Shown here in pieces: positions 47,245 through 57,820 of a stretch of DNA of 64,000 nucleotides (positions are counted from its first letter, which is position 1; each line of letters opens with the position of its first letter). Source of the DNA: a virus (taxonomy: Duplodnaviria; Caudoviricetes); IMG/VR virus record IMGVR_UViG_3300021255_004427, positions 1 to 64,000 of that record; one strand, 5' to 3'. A program made the translations under genes and the position numbers. The notes below the pieces were generated by a model, which was not told the origin of the DNA, ran no database searches, and saw only the letters and a program-made list of their open reading frames with translations.

Positions 47245-47922
47245 ATGATAGAAACATTCGATAGTAAGGTCCACAGTACAGATGCTTTTGAGCAAATGCT
47301 GCAGCGACGCGAAAACGGCCGTCGCCGAAATGAAGCACAAGAGCAACGAATCCTAAAAACAGACACTGATTATTCCAGAGCCGAAAAGGGCGCGTCAATG
47401 AACGACTTCTTTGAGTTAGTTAAGAAGATGGTTTTGCGAGGATTAAAGAAGTATAAGGTTGAGATTGTTCCTAATGACGGCCCCCGTAGAGTTCTTGATC
47501 CGGCTGAAAAAATCGACCACCCGATCATTTATTACAAAGTTGTCTCGCGGGTCCCTCGTGATAAAAACTATAAGCCGAGGTTCCGCGAAGATATTTATGA
47601 CAAAAATCCCGATGGAAGCGAACTTCGTCAGGGTGCAATATATGGACAATTTTTTGATTGTGAAATTCAGTTTGACATTATCGCCAGTGATTACAGCACC
47701 GCTGATACGGTAATGAATGCTTTTGAAGATGCAATGCAAAAGTATGCTGGTTTCTTTAAAAGAAACGGTGTAAGTGAAGTTTTATTCGCAAAACAGTTTA
47801 CTGATGAAAACCTTGATATCTACCGGCAAAGAATGTCAGTAAGGTCCTTGGTTTACGACGTAGCTATCGAGCGTATCCGGCTTGCTTATGACACAACAAT
47901 TATGGAAATCACTCAATCTTAA
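47245..47922 (+). CDS. tail completion/terminator-like protein
   Basis: KPRFRE, GQFFDC.IQFDI; directly before sheath. Confidence 0.55.
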   Translation: MIETFDSKVHSTDAFEQMLQRRENGRRRNEAQEQRILKTDTDYSRAEKGASMNDFFELVKKMVLRGLKKYKVEIVPNDGPRRVLDPAEKIDHPIIYYKVVSRVPRDKNYKPRFREDIYDKNPDGSELRQGAIYGQFFDCEIQFDIIASDYSTADTVMNAFEDAMQKYAGFFKRNGVSEVLFAKQFTDENLDIYRQRMSVRSLVYDVAIERIRLAYDTTIMEITQS

Positions 47923-47943
47923 TCTAATCATGGAGGTACTCTA

Positions 47944-50900
47944 ATGAGTGTACTTAACGAAGGGAATAATCTCCCTGGTACAATCATCGACATAGAGAGC
48001 GAAGTTAGCCGAGACTACGACCCGTCTCTCTGGGGAACCACAGAATCTGTGGTAGTGATTGGTACAGCATTTCAGGGCCCGGTAGGCGTTCCGACTCAGA
48101 TCTACAATGTGGATATGGCTCGTTACTTCTTCGGTGCAACGTACGACAGTGCAACTCATCGCTCTGCATCCCTGGTTGCTAACATCCAGGCTTGTTTTGA
48201 CCGTGGTTGCCGTACGATTTACGCAATGCGTGTTGGTGGTAAGGATATTTACAAGGATTTCCGTCTTTGTGAAGCTTCTGAAAAGTATCGTCTCCGTATT
48301 GCTGGTCAAACCCCGACCAATACAACGAAACAGAGCTATCTGCGTATCAACGTAGCCTCTGGTTTCGAACAGATTACGCTGTATAAGCCGGCAGCTAAGG
48401 CAACAATTGCTGAAAGAAAACAGGCTTATGTGGATGACATGAATTCCATTCTTGCCTTCCAGATCAATTTGAATGCTGATGTTGGCCTCACCCGTAACGA
48501 TAAACTCGTTGACCTGGTGCGTCATTTCAACAGCAATGAGCATAACAACGTGTTTGTTATGAGCATTATTGATGCTGATGGCAACGATGTAACGACTGCT
48601 CCCGAGGCACAGGAACTGCGTATTGGCTCCCTGTTCTCTGGCGTTTACTTTGTCGGTCGTGATAAGAATAGTGACGCCGCTCCGGCATATTCAGTTGTAA
48701 CGGCCCGCGCTATTATCAACGAGAATGACCCGAAGCCGTACAGCTCTTACGATGAAAAGTTCTATCGCGTGGTAGAATTCAACTCTGATGTATCGAGCGA
48801 ATATCCGATTACCGCACGTCGTTACGACGAACTGAAAAATCTCCTGCAGGGCGCATCCGTTGTTGCTGGCAATGATTACAAGTTCCTTGAAATGGCAGGC
48901 ATTGTTGACCGTGTTTGGCTCCAGGATGACGTCGACTATGAAGAAGCAGAACTGAGCAAGTTTGAGCTTTACAAGCGACTGGGTTCTGGCTTTGCAATTA
49001 CGGCTCAGGCTATTGAACGTAAGGGTAAGGATAGTAAGGGCCGCGAACGTCGTCCCCGCATTATCGAAACTCCTGCAGATGATGCAAACCATATTGTTGG
49101 TATCACCGACGGTATTTACTCTCTGCTCGAAAACACGGAAAGCCAGTGGCGCGTACTTGCTGCTGCTAACGCCGACGACAAAGCAGACGGCAAGCTGCCG
49201 AAAGCAGAAGCCTTCAAGATTGCTACGCCGAATCAGGTTAAGCTCTTTGGTAACCCTGTAAGCGGCAATGGTGCTCTTATTACGGCTACGCCGAAGGTTG
49301 CCGAAGATGACCTGACGGCACCGAAGGAATACGAATTCCACTTCATAAAGGTTGACGAGGAAGAAACCGAATACGACAACATTGAGGATGTATACACTGA
49401 CCATGTTGTAAAAATCGTTTCTCGCATTGACACTGGCGTAGCTGGTCTCAAGGCTATGTTGAAGGCAGATAAGTATCCCAACGGTACACTGTTCCTCGTT
49501 TTTGAACCGAGCAATTTGACGGAAGGTCATCTGTATCGGATTCTCGACGGCAAGGTAGCACTGCTTAACATCGCTCGTCTGGAAAACGAACTGTTCAGTG
49601 TAAATCGCGAACTTTATGTCGGTCAGATTGTAAATGGTGACCTCGTTTTTGTTCCGGCAGATGTTGTTGTTACGGCTGGAGCTCCCACAACATATCTCTC
49701 GAAAGAATATGTTCTGGTAGATAACGGCACGACTCTCTTTGTTGCTGCAGTAGATGAATCCACGGCTAATGCAGGCAAGGGCAAGCTTCGTCCGCTGGGT
49801 ACGCTCGAAAGCATGCTTGGCGATAATGATAACAAGACTCTGGTCTATGTCGAAGACTCTTATGCCCAGAAGAACCTTATCAACATTACGACGGGCGCGG
49901 CTGACTTCATTCCGCTCGAAGAATTCATGGAACTCCTGCAGGAAGATCCGTCCCTTAATAAGCTGTTCAACTTTGAACTGACTGAGGATGGGGCAGACCT
50001 GATGTCGGAATATCCTGAGGATATCGAAGCGAATTACGTTTCCTCTACTGGTGGAAACCTCTACTTCGAACAGGTTCTTGCTGATGGCACTGTAGCTCCT
50101 GGTGAGTACTACGGCCTTGCTGAAAATAAGGAAATTGGCTACGACTACAGCAAGTACATTCCGTTCCGTACGAACGATAACTTTGTACGTCAGCTCGCAC
50201 AGCACTGTGCAAAGACTTCTCTTGGCACGTCCATGACTCATGGCGTAATTGGTTACAGCCCGCTTCGCAACTATTCTCTTAAGTCTATTGCGGCTCGTGT
50301 TGAAGAACTGGTTAAGGTTAACTACTCCTTGTACGCCAAGAAGTGGAATGGCCGCGAGTTCCTGAATATCGACGGCAATCCGTACGAAATCGGCGGCAAT
50401 GTTACTGTAACTGCTTTCCAGTACCCCATAACCTCCTCCAAGGATGGCGTAACGACTACTGTGAACGGTGCCGCTGGCTATGCTGGTATGGTTTCCGTAC
50501 TGCCGGTTGATCAGAGCACGACGCTTCAGCCGACTGGCCTCAATGCTATTGACTTCTTCTACTCCAATACGCAGTTGAAGAGACTGATTAGTGCAGGTTA
50601 TGTCGCTGCTCGTATGTCCGAGACGAAGGGTATCTGCATTGCAGATGGTGTAACCATGGCCCCGGCTACTGAGTTTAGAAACCGCATCTCCATTGTCCGT
50701 ACAATGAATGCTTGCGGCGATTCTATTCGTCGGGCTGCTGAGCCGTACATCGGTAAGAAGAATAGTCTCCAGAACCGCAGCGCCCTTAAGACGGCTGTTG
50801 ACTCTGCACTCAATAGCTTGACAGAGACGCTGATTTGGGATTACAAGTTCGAGATTGTCAACCTGAGCTCCTACACGAGCGATGCTGAAATTGACATCAC

Positions 50901-50988
50901 TTACGAAATCTTCCCGATGAACGAAATCAGGAGCGTAACTAACAACATTACTATTTCCCACCAGTCCACTGGCGGAAATAAGTCCTAA
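47944..50988 (+). CDS. contractile tail sheath protein
   Basis: N-terminal LPG, VVIGTA..GP..P, C-terminal EPYIGK.N...P.NEIR. Confidence 0.88.
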   Translation: MSVLNEGNNLPGTIIDIESEVSRDYDPSLWGTTESVVVIGTAFQGPVGVPTQIYNVDMARYFFGATYDSATHRSASLVANIQACFDRGCRTIYAMRVGGKDIYKDFRLCEASEKYRLRIAGQTPTNTTKQSYLRINVASGFEQITLYKPAAKATIAERKQAYVDDMNSILAFQINLNADVGLTRNDKLVDLVRHFNSNEHNNVFVMSIIDADGNDVTTAPEAQELRIGSLFSGVYFVGRDKNSDAAPAYSVVTARAIINENDPKPYSSYDEKFYRVVEFNSDVSSEYPITARRYDELKNLLQGASVVAGNDYKFLEMAGIVDRVWLQDDVDYEEAELSKFELYKRLGSGFAITAQAIERKGKDSKGRERRPRIIETPADDANHIVGITDGIYSLLENTESQWRVLAAANADDKADGKLPKAEAFKIATPNQVKLFGNPVSGNGALITATPKVAEDDLTAPKEYEFHFIKVDEEETEYDNIEDVYTDHVVKIVSRIDTGVAGLKAMLKADKYPNGTLFLVFEPSNLTEGHLYRILDGKVALLNIARLENELFSVNRELYVGQIVNGDLVFVPADVVVTAGAPTTYLSKEYVLVDNGTTLFVAAVDESTANAGKGKLRPLGTLESMLGDNDNKTLVYVEDSYAQKNLINITTGAADFIPLEEFMELLQEDPSLNKLFNFELTEDGADLMSEYPEDIEANYVSSTGGNLYFEQVLADGTVAPGEYYGLAENKEIGYDYSKYIPFRTNDNFVRQLAQHCAKTSLGTSMTHGVIGYSPLRNYSLKSIAARVEELVKVNYSLYAKKWNGREFLNIDGNPYEIGGNVTVTAFQYPITSSKDGVTTTVNGAAGYAGMVSVLPVDQSTTLQPTGLNAIDFFYSNTQLKRLISAGYVAARMSETKGICIADGVTMAPATEFRNRISIVRTMNACGDSIRRAAEPYIGKKNSLQNRSALKTAVDSALNSLTETLIWDYKFEIVNLSSYTSDAEIDITYEIFPMNEIRSVTNNITISHQSTGGNKS

Positions 50989-51061
50989 TGCTGTTAGAAG
51001 TAAAAGGTTATAAGGCGGGCTTTCCCGCCCGCCTTAATTTTATATAGTGAGGTAAATGTAA

Positions 51062-51180
51062 ATGGCAAATGCAAATAGCTCCACTTACACGAACACCTAC
51101 ACCACTTTTTCGGGCTGCGATATCGTATGCTCCTTCGGTTCTCAGATTATTGGCGAACTGCAAGGTATTAGTTATTCGGT
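51062..51180 (+). CDS. tail tube protein, exon 1
   Basis: GAGGT RBS; MANANSSTYTNTYTTFSGCDIVCSFGSQIIGELQGISYSV. Confidence 0.85.
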
Positions 51181-51440
51181 GAAGAGTTGCCGATATTAGT
51201 CGATTTACAGATAAGGCTAATAAAGCAGTGGGGAAAAATCCTGGAAGGCTAAGTCAAAAGATAAGCTAATCAGAGGTGAAGGCGAAAGCCAGCCGCAACG
51301 CATAGGTTTTGAAATAATAAACCCACGAGGCCCCACCTGTCTCTGTATTAAGTCGTAAGACAAGATAGAAAAGATATGCTGAACATCATAGGAAACTATG
51401 AGAACTGGAGGATAAAAAGCCTTCAGGATAACAAAAATTG
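51181..51440 (+). ncRNA. group I intron (260 nt, ORF-less) in the tail tube gene
   Basis: P1 UCGGU/GCCGA with U.G; P10 GAGUU/AACUC; P7 A(C)GCAUA/UAUGCU; ends in G; removal gives SYSV-TREKAPVYTMG in frame. Confidence 0.88.
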
Positions 51441-52017
51441 AACTCGTGAAAAGGCTCCGGTGTACACGATGGGTTCTGCAAATCCTCGTTCTTTCTCTCG
51501 CGGAAAGAGGGGTATCGCAGGTACTCTCGTGTTCGTGGTTTTCGATCATGACGCTCTGCTTAAAGGCTTGGCTGAACATGTCGAAAACAACAAAGTGTTC
51601 CATCGTATCGGTAAGGATATTAACTGGAAGCCGATGACGATTGATCAGTGGGATAATGAGATGAAGAACATCGCCGCCCAAGGTGACAAAGGCACCACCA
51701 GTCAATCTGCCGGTACTCGAACCCAGGCAATATCTCAGCAGGCAGAACCGATTATCGCGGACGAAATACCCCCATTCGATATCACCATTTCCATGGCAAA
51801 CGAATACGGGAAAGCAGCGGTCATGGTGCTGTATGGCGTAGAAATTCTGAATCAGGGCAGCCAGTTCTCTATGGATAATATCCAGAGCCAGATGGCTTGC
51901 ACGTTCGTTGCTGCTCGTCTGAAATGCCTTGAGGCTGTCGACATGGCTACTGGTAAGACCATTCCTAACGGCAACTCTACTATCAACATGGATGAGTACA
52001 CGACAACCCAGAATTAA
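51441..52017 (+). CDS. tail tube protein, exon 2 (spliced product 231 aa)
   Basis: TREKAPVYTMGSANPRSFSRGKRGIAGTLVF...PPFDITI..ANEYG; follows sheath. Confidence 0.85.
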
Positions 52018-52033
52018 ATAACCAATAATGGTA

Positions 52034-52076
52034 ATATCGGGGTAGCACTCAAAACGGGTGCTACCCCGATATTTTT
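52034..52076 (+). terminator. intrinsic terminator
   Basis: ATATCGGGGTAGCAC...GTGCTACCCCGATATTTTTT. Confidence 0.8.
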
Positions 52077-52099
52077 TGAGTGTTTGAAGGTGATTTTGT

Positions 52100-54169
52100 T
52101 TGACAAAAAACGAAAAAGAGCTTTGGAATGATTACCAAACTGCATTAACAAACAGTATGGTTGCATCAAGAAAAGCGCAAGCGGAGTTTACTAAAAAGAA
52201 TCCCGGCAAACAAGCCACGGCTGCTGACCTTATCAATTATGGTTATGACGCTGACGCAGTTAATAATCAACTTAAACAAAAACGACAGGGCCTTATTGAT
52301 AAAGGGTTTGTCATAAAAGATGGCAAATGGCACGCGCCCGACGGGACAAATGTTTCCAATAAAGGGAAATTTCAGCCGCAGGAGTTATTCAGCGATCCCC
52401 CCGCAAGAGCGGATGGCAGGGGAGATGTGTCGGACGATGCACAAACATCCAAATATTCGCAGGCGCGAGAAAAAGTCCTGCAAGATATCCAAGTCGCAAT
52501 CGATGAGTATTTTGCTGAATCTGAAAAAACAAAGGTTATTCCGCAAATACAGAAAGCAATAAAAGACTTGAGTAGTGGAAAAGACAATAGCGTAAAAACG
52601 GCTATTGGCGACTATTCTCTTAATGAATCCGAAGCAGCATCGTTGCAGCAGGAAATGGACTCTCAGTTTGAATACAAGGTAACGGCTGCATGGGAAAAGA
52701 GTTACAATAAAAAACCTCGCGAAGCCGTAGCTGATCCAGAAAAACATGTGAGCGATGACGAAGCTTACGATATACGAAAAAAGTATGCTCAGAATATAAA
52801 AGCTGCAGAACAGCATGTTACAAACACGGTAGAGGCGGCGCTGAAGCAATTTGAAAAAAATAAACAACTCCCCACAGAAAGCGTTTTTGATAATTATGTA
52901 AAAAATTACATAGGTCAGACCGTTCATAAAAGCGAGTTCTTTCCTGTAGATATGCCGGAAAAGGAAAGAGCCTGTATTAGTAATTATATTTACCAGGATA
53001 TTAGGGGAGACTTACTAAATAAATACCGAGAGCTTGCTAAAGGTGAAAGTCAGGTTACAGGCAAAACTCCTGGCGAGATAATCGCAGGCAGTACTGGCAA
53101 GACTAATGAGGCAACAAAACCCAAGGTTACAAGCCGGACAGTCTCAGGCTTTGCAAAAACAAATATATCATTTTCAGGCTGCGATATGGTTATCACTGCT
53201 GAAATGGTGACAACAAAAGGTACTCCTGTATCGGTAATGGTAGGCGAAGCTCAGACTATTTCCTATTCCATCTATCGCAAGCTCAGCCCAATACTAAATA
53301 TTGGTAATATCAATGCCAAGGATTATGTGGGCGGCCCCAGAACAATTGCCGGCAGCTTAGTTATGACTGTATTTAACCAGCATTGGGGGACGCAACTTAT
53401 CGACCAGTTCTCAAAAATCGAAGGCTATGCATCATCCCGAAAAGTCTTGATGGATGAACTAGCGCCAATGAACATAACTATTAGTATGGCAAATGAATAT
53501 GGTATTTGCTCCAGACTTGCAATTTACAGCGTTCGTATATTCTCTGAAGGGCAAGTCATGTCCATTAACGACATATTCACGGAGAACACCTTCCAGTATG
53601 TTGCCTTAAATATTGACTATCTTGCGGATGTAAATACAAAAGAAGACTTAGAGCCTTTGTATCGCGATGCAATTATTGCGCACGAAAAGATGGTTGAGGA
53701 AGCGTCAAAGACAGGCATCAGTAAAAGTGGCAATAGCGGTAATACGCCACCAAATCAGGGTGGGGGCGATAGTGTATCGAAGGATGGCAAGATAGAGTTT
53801 GACCCCAATAAGGATACGTCAAAACAAAAAGAAGATACAAAATCGCAACCATTATCGCAGCCACAGACATCAAGTGGCGGTTTTACCGGTCTTAATGGAG
53901 AGCAAATTCCTTACGTGTCTTGTGGTGATAACAAGGCTGGCGCTCTTAATAAAGCGGCGTCATTAAGAAAGGAATATGCAGAAGCAGTTATTGGTGACTT
54001 GAACAAAATTGACGATTTAAAGAAAAACCCGGATTCGCCCGCCAACGAAAAGGTAATGAAAGAGCTTGCCCGAATAACGAGATGGTATAGAGAGGCAGTG
54101 TTGGAAATAACAAAACATTATGAACAGGTCGATCCTATGGATATTCGTACCGACAGAACAGGGGTGTGA
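52100..54169 (+). CDS. protein with an internal tail-tube-like domain
   Basis: SFSGCD...QTISYS...GPRTIAGSLV...DELAP.NITI.MANEYG. Confidence 0.75.
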   Translation: MTKNEKELWNDYQTALTNSMVASRKAQAEFTKKNPGKQATAADLINYGYDADAVNNQLKQKRQGLIDKGFVIKDGKWHAPDGTNVSNKGKFQPQELFSDPPARADGRGDVSDDAQTSKYSQAREKVLQDIQVAIDEYFAESEKTKVIPQIQKAIKDLSSGKDNSVKTAIGDYSLNESEAASLQQEMDSQFEYKVTAAWEKSYNKKPREAVADPEKHVSDDEAYDIRKKYAQNIKAAEQHVTNTVEAALKQFEKNKQLPTESVFDNYVKNYIGQTVHKSEFFPVDMPEKERACISNYIYQDIRGDLLNKYRELAKGESQVTGKTPGEIIAGSTGKTNEATKPKVTSRTVSGFAKTNISFSGCDMVITAEMVTTKGTPVSVMVGEAQTISYSIYRKLSPILNIGNINAKDYVGGPRTIAGSLVMTVFNQHWGTQLIDQFSKIEGYASSRKVLMDELAPMNITISMANEYGICSRLAIYSVRIFSEGQVMSINDIFTENTFQYVALNIDYLADVNTKEDLEPLYRDAIIAHEKMVEEASKTGISKSGNSGNTPPNQGGGDSVSKDGKIEFDPNKDTSKQKEDTKSQPLSQPQTSSGGFTGLNGEQIPYVSCGDNKAGALNKAASLRKEYAEAVIGDLNKIDDLKKNPDSPANEKVMKELARITRWYREAVLEITKHYEQVDPMDIRTDRTGV

Positions 54170-54175
54170 TATTTT

Positions 54176-55975
54176 TTGTTTGCTAGAAACACAATAATGC
54201 CGGTAGAGATTCATGGCGATACTCTAAAAGCCATGTTCTTCGGAGGGTATTATAATCACTCCACGGTAATAATTCAGGGGGTTCCAAGCGGAGATATTCT
54301 CAATAAAATTGAAAATGCAGAGACGATAGTTGAAGAAGATGATTTGCTTGGTTATCCCTGTATGGAAATAAAAGGGCTGTCGCAAGGGAGCTACATTGTT
54401 TACACAACAACGGTTGATGGTTCAGAGCGTTCGGAGGCATACCACTTTACTGTAACCGGTGATAGCAAAGCGCAAATTCTTCAGCAGGCGGCAGAGTCTG
54501 CAGGGGTATGGCAAAGCAACTACGTAAAATCCACAGTTGCAGATATGTCTGAGCGCACAGACGTAATAAAATGGTTAAATCAACGAATCAAAGAAGCTAA
54601 AAATACGGACGATAAAATCAGCGCATCTATGGTTCTTTATATGTACGTCAGTCTTATTAATAAACGCGCGCAAAAATGTTGCTTTACACCCGAACCGTTT
54701 ACCCTGGAAGCGTTAAGTGGTAACTTTCGTCTTGATGGAGAAGCCGTACGTGTAATTCGACACAATCTTCAAAATGGAAAATGCGAGACTTTTATCCCTT
54801 CTATATTGCAGGATTTGTGTCATATGCAAGAAGAAGATGGCGGGATCTATCTGTATGTTGAGGTGGGTGAAAGTGGTCTGCCGATAAACTATGCATTGTC
54901 ATACAAGCCAGAAGCGAAAACGATGGCGTTGATAAAGGAAGAGATGATCCAAAGAGGGCAAAAGCTGCAGCGGGCGCTTGAAAGAACCATTGATTATCCT
55001 ATATCCTATCTTGAATTTTCAGAAGAAGAGCTGCAGTGGGTTTCCATAATCGACAAGCTCCGTGACGGGATTCCTTTATTTAGGGCGCCGAACATCCAGT
55101 ATGAGCATGGGGTGATTACCGTAATGCCTCACGAAGAGGACATTGCTCTCCTAGATTTTGTCAGCGGCAACTTGTATCTTGCTATTAATGAGCTCGAATA
55201 TTGTCTCGGAAGTAATCGGCGCCGAGTAAAAATGCAACCCAAGGAGTTTCATATTTATAACGACAGCTTTGGTATTGGGACAGAACCGTATCTGTATTGG
55301 ATTGAAAATAAAGATGGGCAGGTGCTTTCCGATATAAGAGTACTAAACCTATCTGTAGATTCTGAAATGGGTGGGATTGTGTATGATACGGATGATGCGA
55401 ATTACATTAATGAACGACTTCGAAAATTAGAACTGTATCATTACAAAAAACATCTTATTCCTATAGTTCAAAACAATACCACAACACAGGCTAACTTTGA
55501 AAAGATAGCTGATGCCTTTTCTGTATGCGAATCGGATGGAGAGACGCAGCCGGCAGGAGTGGCGGACAATATTCTTGACCGCAATATTCTGCGCAGTAAT
55601 ATTCTCACGTTTGCCGAACTCAGCATGGCTGTAATGCGGGACAGGATTACCTATAGCCGTTACGGCACAAATATTGTCAAGGCCCCGTTCTATTATCGCA
55701 GCAAATTAAATACAATCGTCCTCCCCATGGGGCAGGATATATTATACAAAATTGTACGATATGATTTTAAAAATGGTCGGCAAGTTGATTATATCCCAGC
55801 GCTGAAACAAAGCACAAGAGAATACAGATTTAACAATACCGAGTGGGCATTTGTAACCGCGTTAGACACAAACGATATGAGAACATCTGGTTATATTATG
55901 TTGGACTTTAGTAAGCGAGGAGTGTCTGCCAACGTATATACGTATATGGCAACAAATGTGGAGGTGAGCTATTAA
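54176..55975 (+). CDS. hypothetical tail/baseplate-region protein
   Basis: 599-aa ORF coupled to neighbours. Confidence 0.65.
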   Translation: MFARNTIMPVEIHGDTLKAMFFGGYYNHSTVIIQGVPSGDILNKIENAETIVEEDDLLGYPCMEIKGLSQGSYIVYTTTVDGSERSEAYHFTVTGDSKAQILQQAAESAGVWQSNYVKSTVADMSERTDVIKWLNQRIKEAKNTDDKISASMVLYMYVSLINKRAQKCCFTPEPFTLEALSGNFRLDGEAVRVIRHNLQNGKCETFIPSILQDLCHMQEEDGGIYLYVEVGESGLPINYALSYKPEAKTMALIKEEMIQRGQKLQRALERTIDYPISYLEFSEEELQWVSIIDKLRDGIPLFRAPNIQYEHGVITVMPHEEDIALLDFVSGNLYLAINELEYCLGSNRRRVKMQPKEFHIYNDSFGIGTEPYLYWIENKDGQVLSDIRVLNLSVDSEMGGIVYDTDDANYINERLRKLELYHYKKHLIPIVQNNTTTQANFEKIADAFSVCESDGETQPAGVADNILDRNILRSNILTFAELSMAVMRDRITYSRYGTNIVKAPFYYRSKLNTIVLPMGQDILYKIVRYDFKNGRQVDYIPALKQSTREYRFNNTEWAFVTALDTNDMRTSGYIMLDFSKRGVSANVYTYMATNVEVSY

Positions 55976-56583
55976 TGGCAAGCATCATCAGCACATTTCA
56001 GAAAGCTACTGACGCCGTGTATCCATCAGAAGTTATCAATAGAACCAATATCTATAACTCCATGGGGGGCGATCTAGGTTTTCGAAATGCCTTTACCGTC
56101 CACGACTTAAATGGGCGAAGATATTACTCGTCAATCGATGCAGCGATTCTCTTTAATGGCCAGATGGTAGATGAAATCGTGCAGATTCAGTGGACTATTG
56201 AAGAGCAGACAATGCCTCTGTTCGGATATAACAGTTATGTATGGGACGAAATCGCCAAAGGATCAAGAATTATTCGCGGGGCATTTGCAATAAACTTTGT
56301 TGTTCCGGACTACTTAAATATGATCCTAGAGAAGTCAATTAAGGACGGCAGCTTCAAAAACACAGGAAAACAGACTGAGCCTAATAAACATTCTGCAATG
56401 TATTCTAATTCCTTTTCCATTGGCATTGGGTATGGAAGCAAAGATGATATTGTTGGGGAAACCCCGTGTATCATTTTGGAAAATGCAGTCATCCAGTCTT
56501 GCGGACAAGCGCTGGATACACAGGGGGCAAACCTCGTAGAGATGTACCAGTTTATCGCTAGGGACAGGAGTTATTCAAGATAA
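55975..56583 (+). CDS. tail-tube-like protein
   Basis: YYSSID..., PLFGYNS..., GSRIIRGAFAINF, YQFIARD. Confidence 0.7.
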   Translation: MASIISTFQKATDAVYPSEVINRTNIYNSMGGDLGFRNAFTVHDLNGRRYYSSIDAAILFNGQMVDEIVQIQWTIEEQTMPLFGYNSYVWDEIAKGSRIIRGAFAINFVVPDYLNMILEKSIKDGSFKNTGKQTEPNKHSAMYSNSFSIGIGYGSKDDIVGETPCIILENAVIQSCGQALDTQGANLVEMYQFIARDRSYSR

Positions 56584-56657
56584 ATGTAATAACCTTTTTC
56601 TCTTTAGTAATGTGTGCCACGTAGAGCAAACAAATTAGAGAGAAAGAGGTTATTATT

Positions 56658-57806
56658 TTGCGCAAACTCGCATCTATTCAGGTTATTAAAAAAATAGAGC
56701 CAATCGAAGGTGCTGATCGCATCGAAAAAGCAACAGTTCTTGGTTGGCATGTTGTAGTTCAAAAAGGACTTTATAAGGAAGGCGACCGCGTTGTCTATTT
56801 GGAGATCGACTCTGTTCTTCCGAAAGAACTTGCTGAACGGGCCGGATTTTCAGATAAGTATTTGAAGACACGTCGCTTTAAAGGTGTTTACTCCCAGGGC
56901 ATGTGCGTCCCACTTACCGAACTTTATCATACAAAATTTCCGTATGGCAGTGGCAGTGCAACAAACATTGTAGAGAGAGCTAAAGATGGGCGATGGGACG
57001 ACATGAATGTAACCGAGTATCTCGGCATCACAAAGCACGAGGCTGATCAGCGCAATGACGATCAATGGTGGAAGAGACATCGTGCAGAAGCAAAGCCGCC
57101 CAAAAAATGGTACACAAGATTCCGTATTGGCCGTTGGTTCTGGAAAAAGTTCCTTTACAAACCCACATCTGGCCCGTTCCCATCTGACCTCGTGCCCAAA
57201 ACGGACGAGACTCGTGTTCAGATTCTTGGCGATGTTTTGGAAAAATATAAAGGGGTTCGTTGCCAGTATACGGAAAAGCTGGATGGTTCCTCTATCACGT
57301 TTTGGAAGGACAAAAAAGATAAACTGCATGTTTGCAGTCGAAACCGCGAACTTTTCGACAAGGCCGACTTTATGTACGCAACAATCGCAGAAAAGTATGC
57401 AGATAAATTCGGCTATGGTTTTGTATATCAGGGGGAAATTCTTGGCCCGAATATCCAGGGAAACAAGTATGGCGTAAAAGATTACGAGGTATATATTTAT
57501 CAGGCATACTGCCCGGAGACAAAAGTTTATCTTGCGCCGGAAGAACTAAGCGCACATCTTCAAACTGCAGGTCTTCCGCAGGTTCCTATCCTTGGAGAGT
57601 TTGACCTTATTGACGATATTGACGCTCTCGTTGATATGTCTATCGGAATGAGCGTCCTGGCAAGCCGAGGAAAAGATACGCAGCGCGAAGGTATCGTTAT
57701 CCGCCCCTTGGAGAATATCGACGGATTGTGCGATGGACGCTTTGTTGGTGGCCGTCTCTCTTTCAAGGCAATCAATCCTAAGTTTCTAGTAAAATACAAT
57801 TTGTAA
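56658..57806 (+). CDS. RNA ligase, DRB0094 family
   Basis: MRKLAS..I..IEPIEGADRIE, PKTDE.R.Q, TEKLDGSS, CSRN, QGE..GP.IQGN.Y, REGIV, SFKAIN. Confidence 0.92.
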   Translation: MRKLASIQVIKKIEPIEGADRIEKATVLGWHVVVQKGLYKEGDRVVYLEIDSVLPKELAERAGFSDKYLKTRRFKGVYSQGMCVPLTELYHTKFPYGSGSATNIVERAKDGRWDDMNVTEYLGITKHEADQRNDDQWWKRHRAEAKPPKKWYTRFRIGRWFWKKFLYKPTSGPFPSDLVPKTDETRVQILGDVLEKYKGVRCQYTEKLDGSSITFWKDKKDKLHVCSRNRELFDKADFMYATIAEKYADKFGYGFVYQGEILGPNIQGNKYGVKDYEVYIYQAYCPETKVYLAPEELSAHLQTAGLPQVPILGEFDLIDDIDALVDMSIGMSVLASRGKDTQREGIVIRPLENIDGLCDGRFVGGRLSFKAINPKFLVKYNL

Positions 57807-57820
57807 GGGGAAGAAAATAA

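Noticed and set aside
40194-50961. Long antisense ORFs (40194-41840, 41831-43018, 48691-50961)
   Set aside because: Shadows of strongly codon-biased head, capsid and sheath genes; no RBS or protein-like motifs
51460-52017. 185-aa tube ORF as a complete gene
   Set aside because: Lacks the conserved N-terminal TFSGCD segment, which is in exon 1 at 51062-51180
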